From a virus (Duplodnaviria; Caudoviricetes): a DNA stretch of 35,090 bases. Location of the stretch: IMG/VR virus record IMGVR_UViG_3300025066_000080, positions 1 through 35,090 of that record. The stretch is one strand, 5' to 3'. Below are positions 26,819-34,137 of the stretch, piece by piece; within the stretch, counting starts at the first letter, position 1; each line of letters starts with the position of its first letter. The notes under the pieces were generated by a model, which was given only the letters and a program-made list of their open reading frames with translations, was not told the origin of the DNA and did no database searches. Made by a program: the position numbers and the translations under genes.

Positions 26819-27850
26819 ATGCAAAATTTTACAGGAGCAGTAGAAGATCCACGACCCAAAAAAGAGAAAAAGAAAGATTGGAAAGCAGAGGAATTGGCAA
26901 GTGCATTTAATCCTGAATGGAAAGAAAAAAAGAAATGGCTATCTTTTACATCAAGAAATCAAAAAAGAACATCTAGCTGTGTTCCCCAGTCTGTATCTAA
27001 GATATTAGAAGCTAACGAAAAAAGAGAGAACGGAAAAAAGGTTATATTCTCCGCATCAAAAGCCTACGCAGATAGAAGTAACTCAGGTGCAGGTTCATAT
27101 TTACAAGAAATGCTAAAATATGCAGTTGATGATAGATACACTCTAGAGAACAGAATCAAATCTCAAAATCTTACTTCTGATAATGCTATGGAAGAACTTG
27201 CAAGAAGCTGGAGCAAGGAAGATACAAAAATTGCTAAGAAGTATTCTGGTAAATCTTATTTGATGGTAAATTCGACTAAGATTGATGAGATAGCTCACTG
27301 GATTGAACAAGGTCAAGTTGTTTCTTGTCTTTTCTACTTTACTTCAAAAGAATGGGGACAGAAATATCCAAAAATTCTTAATAAAGGACTAAGAAAAGGT
27401 TCTGCTCTAAGACATGCTGTTGCTATAACGGACTTTGGATTGATCAGAGGAAAAAAATATCTAAAGATTGAGGATTCTGCCCACTTCGGTGGTAGAGATG
27501 AGAGATGGGTCTCAGAAGAATTTCTAACTAAAAGAACCTTTGGTGCTGGGTTTGTATATGATAAGCCTAATAAGGATGTAGATATACCCGTAATTGACCC
27601 AAAATGGCGATTTAAGAGCAATTTATGGCTAGGTATGAGGAATTACCCAGATGTTGTAAAAATGCAGGATATACTCAAACAAGAAGGGTTCTTCCCACTA
27701 CATATTCCCTCAACAGGAAATTATCTAGAAATAACTCGTAGGGCTGTTGAGAAGTACCAACGACACCATGAATTAGCATCTATTTGGGAACTAAATGCTG
27801 TAAGAGGAAAGATTGTTGGACCTAAAACACGAAGACAACTTAATGCTTAA
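26819..27850 (+). CDS. Putative endolysin: papain-like (C1-type) cysteine peptidase + C-terminal peptidoglycan-binding domain
   Basis: NQ..TSSCV (Gln/Cys), HAV (His), IEDS; DV..MQ..L..EGF...TG.Y...T..AV..YQ...G.IVGP.TR..LN. Confidence 0.75.
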   Translation: MQNFTGAVEDPRPKKEKKKDWKAEELASAFNPEWKEKKKWLSFTSRNQKRTSSCVPQSVSKILEANEKRENGKKVIFSASKAYADRSNSGAGSYLQEMLKYAVDDRYTLENRIKSQNLTSDNAMEELARSWSKEDTKIAKKYSGKSYLMVNSTKIDEIAHWIEQGQVVSCLFYFTSKEWGQKYPKILNKGLRKGSALRHAVAITDFGLIRGKKYLKIEDSAHFGGRDERWVSEEFLTKRTFGAGFVYDKPNKDVDIPVIDPKWRFKSNLWLGMRNYPDVVKMQDILKQEGFFPLHIPSTGNYLEITRRAVEKYQRHHELASIWELNAVRGKIVGPKTRRQLNA

Positions 27851-28199
27851 CTTCCAAATAAAAGCAAAACCTTTAACGGTTAATAAGGTTTGGCAAGGAA
27901 GAAGATTTAAAACAAAAGCATATAAAGATTACGAAAAGGAAATGTTCTATCTCCTAAAGGACATTCGTAATAATCAGAGTATAAAGGACATTAAAGGACA
28001 TGTTGAGTTGACGCTAGAGTTTTATCTAAAGTACGCCTCTACGTCAGATGTTGATAACTTTGTTAAGCCTCTACTAGACATTCTGGTAAAAGATGGGATC
28101 ATTGAGGATGATAAGAACATCATGCACTTAGATCTATACAAATATAAATCAGATACTGACTATATGAACATAACTATTAACAAATGGACTGATGACTGA
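27843..28199 (+). CDS. rusA: RusA-family Holliday junction resolvase (start likely 27843)
   Basis: P.TVN..W, SDVDNFVKPLLDIL...IIEDD..I signature. Confidence 0.88.
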   Translation: MLNFQIKAKPLTVNKVWQGRRFKTKAYKDYEKEMFYLLKDIRNNQSIKDIKGHVELTLEFYLKYASTSDVDNFVKPLLDILVKDGIIEDDKNIMHLDLYKYKSDTDYMNITINKWTDD

Positions 28200-28512
28200 T
28201 TATGATAGTCAATCAGGATTAAGTAATAAAGAAGTTCGACTAATCGAATTAAAGGCTAAGTGTTCTCATTATGATTGTGGGCACACAGCATTGAAATGTA
28301 TAAAGTGTGGTAAATGGGAAGATAATTTAAATAATGAATTGGTGGCACAGGTTGAAGTTTTGAAATCAATAGTAGCGGTGTATGAGGAGTTATTGTATTA
28401 CAATGGAATAGAGCATATCACTTATTCTGATTTGTTAGATAAGGGGATTATTGATCTATGGGTTAAGCACAAATATAACTATGCTAACAACTGGAGAGGA
28501 AACAAATCTTAA
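28192..28512 (+). CDS. Hypothetical protein with Cys cluster (possible Zn ribbon)
   Basis: CSHYDCGH...CIKCG followed by a coiled coil. Confidence 0.6.
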   Translation: MTDYDSQSGLSNKEVRLIELKAKCSHYDCGHTALKCIKCGKWEDNLNNELVAQVEVLKSIVAVYEELLYYNGIEHITYSDLLDKGIIDLWVKHKYNYANNWRGNKS

Positions 28513-28561
28513 GGGTGTATAATTAAAAGTAGGGTCAGTACATTAATACAAGGAGGTAATT

Positions 28562-28744
28562 ATGAGAACATGGAAAAAAGCGGTGAGACATCGTTCACAG
28601 GGTGATGAGAACAAGAGAGACTTTTACATAATGCACGGCAGGAAAGGAACACCACAAGAATTACTGCAATTCTATATAGATAACAACAACGTACCGATCC
28701 AACGTTCTGTGGAGGACGTAGCAACTGCACAGAGGGTGCAATAA
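28562..28744 (+). CDS. Hypothetical protein (first gene of the SD-led moron)
   Basis: AGGAGGT at 28551-28557; TATAAT at 28518-28523. Confidence 0.6.
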   Translation: MRTWKKAVRHRSQGDENKRDFYIMHGRKGTPQELLQFYIDNNNVPIQRSVEDVATAQRVQ

Positions 28745-29010
28745 TGATCGCTGTATCAACAAGGAAGATGAGGAAGCAAGCAAGAAAGCAACCCCGCAAG
28801 AACATTCATCACAGGAGACCGAAAGCTCAAGGAGGATCAAATCGTCCAGAAAATCTGAGTGTTGTCGATACAGAAAGACATTCACTTTGGACTCAGATGT
28901 TCGATGGAACTATGACACCAAAAGAGATCATAGACGATATCAACAACAAATGGATTGATGAAAGGTATATGGTTGTTTTGATAGAAAGGAGGTCGGGAAA
29001 TGCAATATGA
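28744..29010 (+). CDS. Small HNH-motif protein
   Basis: HHRRPKAQGGSN..ENL....RH is an HNH core without Cys. Confidence 0.7.
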   Translation: MIAVSTRKMRKQARKQPRKNIHHRRPKAQGGSNRPENLSVVDTERHSLWTQMFDGTMTPKEIIDDINNKWIDERYMVVLIERRSGNAI

Positions 29011-29098
29011 TATGTTTTTACCAAACTGGATTCAGTTAGAGCTGGATTTCGTTAATGCTCCGTTTGATAGTTTATTCTGTTATGCGATACGGGGATAG
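29000..29098 (+). CDS. 32-aa peptide (not in the ORF track)
   Basis: AAGGAGGT SD upstream; MQYDMFLPNWIQLELDFVNAPFDSLFCYAIRG*. Confidence 0.45.
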   Translation: MQYDMFLPNWIQLELDFVNAPFDSLFCYAIRG

Positions 29099-29107
29099 GA
29101 GGTTCGT

Positions 29108-29155
29108 ATGTTAATCATCCTTATTTCTGTGACAATTGCATACTTAATTTGCTAA
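29108..29155 (+). CDS. 15-aa hydrophobic peptide (not in the ORF track)
   Basis: AGGAGGT SD upstream; MLIILISVTIAYLIC*; directly before a terminator. Confidence 0.4.
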   Translation: MLIILISVTIAYLIC

Positions 29156-29165
29156 TTGTTTAAGG

Positions 29166-29196
29166 GGAGGGTGGTAAATTGCCACCCTCCTTTTTC
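29166..29196 (+). terminator. Rho-independent terminator
   Basis: GGAGGGTGG-TAAATTG-CCACCCTCC-TTTTT. Confidence 0.9.
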
Positions 29197-29229
29197 TCTT
29201 GTTTGTATGTTACAATTTTAGTATACACC

Positions 29230-29340
29230 ATGATTAATCATCTAATTAAAACAGCCTGTATACTCTTTGGTACAGTTCTACTACTGTTATTAATTAGCTT
29301 TATAGGGTGGGCGGTAGGTGCTATACTTGAGGTAGGTTAG
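29230..29340 (+). CDS. 36-aa single-pass membrane peptide (not in the ORF track)
   Basis: MINHLIKTACILFGTVLLLLLISFIGWAVGAILEVG*; TGTTACAAT at 29208-29216. Confidence 0.5.
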   Translation: MINHLIKTACILFGTVLLLLLISFIGWAVGAILEVG

Positions 29341-29848
29341 TGGGTTGATGGGGGAGCGGTGTAAGACCAAGAGAGGACAGCATTATTTAACCTCTTGGCA
29401 GTAGGTAATCAATCCTAACCGAATGCCTACCCACCAACTCATTAACAACTTAGTTAGCTTTCAAAGATGAAAGCATACTAAAATAGAAGATAGTAGCGAG
29501 GTGTGGCGGAATAGAGAACGCACAATAAGTTTCAATAATACTTTATTATATAAAGGGCTAGAAACTGAATAATCTAAACTGTAAGGTGACTATACGAGTG
29601 GTACTTAGTAAACAACTAATCGTGGTGGCGAGACTCCACCAGTATCTCGTCAAATCCTTGCCACCTCACTACTGTCCTTTATACAACTTGAGTCCTAGAG
29701 GCAAACGTTTATTCGTTTGTAATGTTTTGGAAGGGCAGACAGTCTTTAAATAGACTTGTGCCTCTAGGACTTGAGTATTGGTGGGGGTGTGGGTTAAATC
29801 ACTTAAATATGTGGAACTTAAATGAAGCATATCCCCACCAGCACTTAA
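29336..29848 (+). ncRNA. Array of four long-stemmed, branched structured RNA domains (one tRNA-derived)
   Basis: Closing stems of 15-18 bp at 29336/29446, 29489/29676, 29686/29776 and 29771/29848. Most imperfect pairs are G-U on the + strand. No ORF of 60 aa or more. Confidence 0.65.
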
Positions 29849-29855
29849 CTTTTAA

Positions 29856-29962
29856 TTAAAAACAACACCAATCAAGGTGTTGCCAACCGCTAAGGTTTAT
29901 TTAAATTTAAATTCAAATGTTTTTGTGACCGCAAATCCCTACGGAGTGGATCAACCACTACT
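29856..29962 (-). ncRNA. Candidate ~105-nt leftward small RNA
   Basis: Minus-strand TTGCAA(29997-29992)-17 nt-TATAAT(29974-29969) promoter and minus-strand terminator CAACACC-TTGATT-GGTGTTG-TTTTT (29882-29858). Confidence 0.55.
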
Positions 29963-29998
29963 CTTATTATTATATACTTCTGTTATTATAATTGCAAG

Positions 29999-30018
29999 TT
30001 ATCCCCAACTTATACACA
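29999..30018. promoter_or_regulatory. Tandem DnaA-box-like sites between divergent promoters (candidate origin)
   Basis: TTATCCCCA (29999-30007) and TTATACACA (30010-30018) in a very AT-rich tract. Confidence 0.5.
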
Positions 30019-30024
30019 TTTTAA

Positions 30025-30060
30025 TTTACTTTTTTTATCTATTAGGTATATAATACACAC
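30025..30060 (+). promoter_or_regulatory. Sigma70-type promoter
   Basis: TTTACT (30025-30030) - 18 nt - TATAAT (30049-30054). Confidence 0.55.
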
Positions 30061-30135
30061 ATGAACAATACAGATACAGCAGAAGTATATTTTGTAACAA
30101 AGTGTGTTTCTGCTGTATTGTTCAAATCAGGCATT

Positions 30136-30168
30136 AAGACTTCCTTTTATTAGGAGGTCTTTTTGTTT
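30136..30168 (+). terminator. Rho-independent terminator
   Basis: AAGACTTCCT-TTTATT-AGGAGGTCTT-TTTGTTT. Confidence 0.8.
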
Positions 30169-30400
30169 GTATGTCTGTGGGGAGTTCAAATTAGAAATGC
30201 AGACAATAAACTATAATTTCTAAACCTGTCGCCTGTATCTCGGCGTTGGAAGAGATACCTTTATACCGACAAAGTTTGTCAGATATTGATTCACTTGGCA
30301 CTTTACCTTTAAACCTGTTATTTACTTAACGGGGATAAAGGGGAAGTACCTGAGAATCTTTACCCGACAAACATAGGTTTAGATATAAATAACAATAACT

Positions 30401-30745
30401 ATGAATTTATTACCTAATATAGATATCAATGGAAACTTAGAAGATGTTAAGGAAGTTAAAAAGGAAACAAACGTTAGAAAGAAAAGAATAAGAAAATCAA
30501 GAAATAGATCTGAAAATAAAGTTGAAGTTTTAGGATATTTTGAGGAATGTTCTAAATGTAATAAATTGATGGAGAGGAGAAAACATAAAACAATTACAGA
30601 TAAGCAAACTAATAAAGTTTATTACTATTCAGAGTGGGATCTTTGTAAGAGTTGTGGACATTTACAGCATTATGAGAAATTCAAGGTCCTGAATCCAGAT
30701 GTTGAAGAGTTAAATCAAAAGACTGAGTTCATAAGAAATATCTAA
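30401..30745 (+). CDS. Hypothetical Zn-ribbon protein
   Basis: CSKC ... CKSCGH pairs and a basic patch. Confidence 0.7.
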   Translation: MNLLPNIDINGNLEDVKEVKKETNVRKKRIRKSRNRSENKVEVLGYFEECSKCNKLMERRKHKTITDKQTNKVYYYSEWDLCKSCGHLQHYEKFKVLNPDVEELNQKTEFIRNI

Positions 30746-30746
30746 T

Positions 30747-31067
30747 ATGGAAATTAACATAGAACAATACAAAAAGGATTTATTTGAATCAAAGGTTTGC
30801 TCGTCTTGTGGTAAGAGATGTCAGAGTAAGAGAGGTTGTCTACTAACACAGATACTCAAGGAGATTAATGAAGAAAGACTAGAACCTCTAAAGAAGGGAG
30901 AGAAAAGGTACAAGCCGATGACGTACGTTGCACTCTATATGAAAACTAAGAATGTTCCTGAACATGAATTAATGGCGAGGCTATCTATGTCTAAGGAAGA
31001 TAAGATCAGGTACGGATCATTCGGTAGAACTTTCTTTAGTCCTAAATTCTTTGATCGGTTTAAATAG
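30747..31067 (+). CDS. Hypothetical protein
   Basis: 106 aa with CSSCGKRC..GC. Confidence 0.65.
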   Translation: MEINIEQYKKDLFESKVCSSCGKRCQSKRGCLLTQILKEINEERLEPLKKGEKRYKPMTYVALYMKTKNVPEHELMARLSMSKEDKIRYGSFGRTFFSPKFFDRFK

Positions 31068-31074
31068 AACAAGC

Positions 31075-31118
31075 TGTGGATAACTATTTACTTTTGACTT
31101 CATATTTGTTATTATAAT
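31075..31118 (+). promoter_or_regulatory. Perfect DnaA box followed by a promoter
   Basis: TGTGGATAA (31075-31083), TTTACT (31087-31092) - 17 nt - TATTAT with a TG extension. Confidence 0.6.
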
Positions 31119-31151
31119 AATAAGTTAATAATAACAAGCAATAATAAAAAC

Positions 31152-31382
31152 ATGGAAACATTTCAAAAAACATTAAGGGAGCAGTTCGCAGAAATAAATG
31201 AAGGATATATAAACTGTACTTGCGATGATCTAAGTTGTGATCATAAGAGAGGTTTAGAAGGAGAGGTTGCAGGACACATAGAAGATTGTAGTTGCGACCA
31301 CTGTAACAGATATTACTCAGGAGATTCACATTCAGAGATACAAGCAGACAGTGATGCGGACAACGAAGCGTGGAGAGAGTAG
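31152..31382 (+). CDS. Small acidic Cys/His-rich protein
   Basis: CTCDDLSCDH and DCSCDHC motifs; first gene after the promoter. Confidence 0.7.
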   Translation: METFQKTLREQFAEINEGYINCTCDDLSCDHKRGLEGEVAGHIEDCSCDHCNRYYSGDSHSEIQADSDADNEAWRE

Positions 31383-31463
31383 TTGCGGTCAGTTAGGGAG
31401 TTCTGAGGAGCTTCCAATACTGCCCACAAGGCAGAATTTACAAGCAATTAACAAATAAACATT

Positions 31464-31643
31464 ATGCAAATTAAAATAATCGTTTCGCATGAAGATAGTG
31501 AGTTAATTTCAAGAAAGTATGACCTAACAGAAATAACCGTATCTCAGATGAAAGAAAATGTTGAGAAGATTATCGAAGATGGTCATGAGTCACTGAACGA
31601 CAGAGCTAGTAGATGGGCAGAACCAAATGTAGTAGAAAATTAA
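31464..31643 (+). CDS. 59-aa hypothetical protein (not in the ORF track)
   Basis: MQIKIIVSHEDSELISRKYDL...; A-rich leader; fills the gap between genes. Confidence 0.6.
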   Translation: MQIKIIVSHEDSELISRKYDLTEITVSQMKENVEKIIEDGHESLNDRASRWAEPNVVEN

Positions 31644-31662
31644 TAAATTTAAAATTAAAATT

Positions 31663-32073
31663 ATGGAAAAAGATAGAACAACAAAAGAAGAGAGATTAGG
31701 AAGAGCAAAGAAGAAAGAAGTAGTGACAGATGTGATGAAAGATAAATACATAGTAATATCAGTTCTAATCGTAGCTCTTGTTTTAGGAACATTGACACTT
31801 ATAAACAGTAATCAAAACAGGGCGGAAGAAATTAGACAAACTATTGAGAAGGAGCAGATGATAAGACATGATGTAGTTAAGGTAGCATATTATCAATGTT
31901 TAGCAGATGCGTGGACAGATTACTCAGCAAACTGGGATCAGCAGTGTGGAGTGGACGGAAAAGTTGATAGCTGTACCCTATCAGGTTTATCTCTAGAAAG
32001 AGTTGAGTCTGGGTATGAAAAGGCACAAGATACATGTCTAGATATCTACAACATAGAGTTAATGAGTCAGTAA
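31663..32073 (+). CDS. Membrane-anchored protein with extracytoplasmic Cys-containing domain
   Basis: TM helix YIVISVLIVALVLGTLTLI followed by a coiled coil with 4 Cys. Confidence 0.7.
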   Translation: MEKDRTTKEERLGRAKKKEVVTDVMKDKYIVISVLIVALVLGTLTLINSNQNRAEEIRQTIEKEQMIRHDVVKVAYYQCLADAWTDYSANWDQQCGVDGKVDSCTLSGLSLERVESGYEKAQDTCLDIYNIELMSQ

Positions 32074-32075
32074 TC

Positions 32076-32819
32076 ATGGAAACAAAAGATAGATTCCAAT
32101 TCAATCCAAATAATCATGCGTATACTCTAGATGGAAAACGTCTGACAGGAGTTACAACCATTATAGGAGTTCTAGACAAACCTGCCCTGATTGGTTGGGC
32201 AAGTAATATGGCTGTTGATTCAGTTATAAAGGGTGCGTCTTATAAAAGAAAGGAAAACATCTACGAAGTAACAAAAGATGTGCTGGAAGATTCAAGGAAA
32301 GCTTGGTGTAGAAAAAGAGACAGTGCTGGTGACATTGGTACAGAGGTTCACAATATGATTGAACTATATGCCAAAGCCAAGATACTCGGAAATAAGTTTG
32401 AGGCAACCCACAAAGATGAGCAGGTCCAGAAGATGTATGAAAAGTTCGTAGAGTGGGCAGAAGAAAATAGCGTGAAATTCCTGCTATCAGAACAGAAATT
32501 GTATTCAGAAAAACACTGGTATGCAGGAACAGTAGATCTTGTTATCGAGATTAAGGGTAAGAAGTACATTGCGGATATTAAAACGGCAAAGGATATATAC
32601 AACACAAATTATATTCAGATGGCTGGCTACGATATCTGTCTAGAAGAACTAGGCAAGTTAAAAGACTGTGAGGGGTATTGTGTCATCAATATTCCAAAAC
32701 AGTTAGGAAAAGATGGTGAGGTGAAGCTAAAGGAGAAAAGGATTAGTAACACAGGAGATTTTAAAGAAGCTTTCCTCCACTGTCTAGCGATTTATAGGTT
32801 CATTAATAAAATAAAATAA
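32076..32819 (+). CDS. PD-(D/E)XK (RecB/Cas4-like) exonuclease (start likely 32076)
   Basis: H.Y..DG..L.GVTTI, GT.VH, E..LY, YAGTVD, IADIKT, QMAGY. Confidence 0.88.
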   Translation: METKDRFQFNPNNHAYTLDGKRLTGVTTIIGVLDKPALIGWASNMAVDSVIKGASYKRKENIYEVTKDVLEDSRKAWCRKRDSAGDIGTEVHNMIELYAKAKILGNKFEATHKDEQVQKMYEKFVEWAEENSVKFLLSEQKLYSEKHWYAGTVDLVIEIKGKKYIADIKTAKDIYNTNYIQMAGYDICLEELGKLKDCEGYCVINIPKQLGKDGEVKLKEKRISNTGDFKEAFLHCLAIYRFINKIK

Positions 32820-32829
32820 TAACAAAAAG

Positions 32830-32952
32830 ATGAAAACAACAAAACAATTACTAAAGGAAATAGAAGATAGGAGTATATGGATGTTGGTGTGGGCAATAGC
32901 TTGGAGACTGTGGATAATTCTGTTCATTGTTGGTTTACTTTCAGCTCTGTAA
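32830..32952 (+). CDS. 40-aa membrane peptide (not in the ORF track)
   Basis: MKTTKQLLKEIEDRSIWMLVWAIAWRLWIILFIVGLLSAL*. Confidence 0.5.
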   Translation: MKTTKQLLKEIEDRSIWMLVWAIAWRLWIILFIVGLLSAL

Positions 32953-32962
32953 TTGTTATAAT
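32909..32962 (+). promoter_or_regulatory. Perfect DnaA box followed by a promoter
   Basis: TGTGGATAA (32909-32917), TTTACT (32934-32939) - 17 nt - TATAAT (32957-32962) with a TG extension. Confidence 0.6.
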
Positions 32963-32989
32963 AATAAGGTATTAATAATTACAAGCAAC

Positions 32990-33328
32990 ATGAGAATACC
33001 AAAATTAAAAGACAAAGTTAGATCAGTATTAAGAAGACATCCTGAGACTAGAAATTCAGACGTGGCACTAACTATAAAACTATGGGAGGAGTTATATCCA
33101 AACAAGTTAAAGTATAGAGAGGCAGACCAAAGAAACTATGTCGCACTGGAGGATATGTTTATCTTACCAAGAGAGGATCAAGTATCCAGAGCAAGAAGAA
33201 AGATACAGAGTCCAAAACAGGTCGGAGGAGAAGAACTCTACCCACCAACAAGTATGGAGGTTGCAAAGGCAAGGTGTATGAACATGGATAAATGGAGAAA
33301 GGAGATGTTGAAAACTAATAAACTGTAA
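32990..33328 (+). CDS. Conserved-looking phage protein (PETRNSD motif), possible DNA binding; start likely 32990
   Basis: V..VL..HPETRNSD..L...W ... SRARRKIQ...YPPT; ATG in an A-rich context after the promoter. Confidence 0.65.
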   Translation: MRIPKLKDKVRSVLRRHPETRNSDVALTIKLWEELYPNKLKYREADQRNYVALEDMFILPREDQVSRARRKIQSPKQVGGEELYPPTSMEVAKARCMNMDKWRKEMLKTNKL

Positions 33329-33382
33329 TACTATGTCCGAGATGACATTAAACTAATTAATAATAATTAATAATAATAAATT

Positions 33383-34027
33383 ATGGCTTTAATCGAAAAA
33401 AAGAGAGGCAACTATCTATCAATCATTGATGGAACACTACGAAGACAAGTGCCTGAAGGAACTGAGAAAGCAATTAAAAGAGAATACGAGAGATCAGATA
33501 AGACTAAGGGAGAGAAATGGGAGTTAGAATATAGGTCTCTAGTAGGAAAAATCGTGGCAATTGACTTTCATGACAGTGACTTTGGTAAACAAGTTGCGGT
33601 TGAGGTGATGGACGAGGGAAAGAAGTACACACTACAAATGCCCTATAAATCACGATATGCTTTGGATTTCATGAAGAAAGTACCAAACATTAAATTAGCA
33701 GACCCTGTGGAGTTGAGTCCGTATGACTTTGAGGATGATAACGGAAAAACCCGCAAAGGTATTAGTATCAAACAGGGAGAAGTAAAGATTGGTAACTACT
33801 TCTTTAACGAGAAGGATAAGAGAGAGAACCTGCATGATTTCCCACAAGCACCAAAGGATTATCAAGATATGGATAGCGATGATTGGGCAGTACACTTCAC
33901 AAATGTAGCTAAGTTCTTAATGGAACATATTCAGAAGGAGCAAAAGTATGCCAGAGAGGACGAACCGACATCAGACAAGGTAGAATATCCAACTGACGAA
34001 ATTAATCCAGAAGATATTCCTTTCTAG
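33383..34027 (+). CDS. Putative single-stranded DNA-binding protein
   Basis: Acidic tail ending EINPEDIPF; beta-rich core; near the exonuclease gene. Confidence 0.6.
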   Translation: MALIEKKRGNYLSIIDGTLRRQVPEGTEKAIKREYERSDKTKGEKWELEYRSLVGKIVAIDFHDSDFGKQVAVEVMDEGKKYTLQMPYKSRYALDFMKKVPNIKLADPVELSPYDFEDDNGKTRKGISIKQGEVKIGNYFFNEKDKRENLHDFPQAPKDYQDMDSDDWAVHFTNVAKFLMEHIQKEQKYAREDEPTSDKVEYPTDEINPEDIPF

Positions 34028-34137
34028 AGAATATAACTACTCATTAAGAGTAGTTCCCTGCTTAGAGATTTCGCCCACAATAGAACTTTATTGCTTGTAA
34101 ACTCTATTATTTCTCTAAGTACGGAACTGTTCTTAAT

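Noticed and set aside
29336-29446. Canonical tRNA gene
   Set aside because: Only a vague T-arm-like hairpin (TAGG-TAATCAAT-CCTA); no proper D-arm or 7-nt anticodon loop. Kept only as part of the ncRNA array.
32076-32819. Cas4 / CRISPR-Cas system
   Set aside because: No Fe-S cysteine cluster pattern, no other cas genes or array; ordinary phage PD-(D/E)XK exonuclease near an SSB-like gene.
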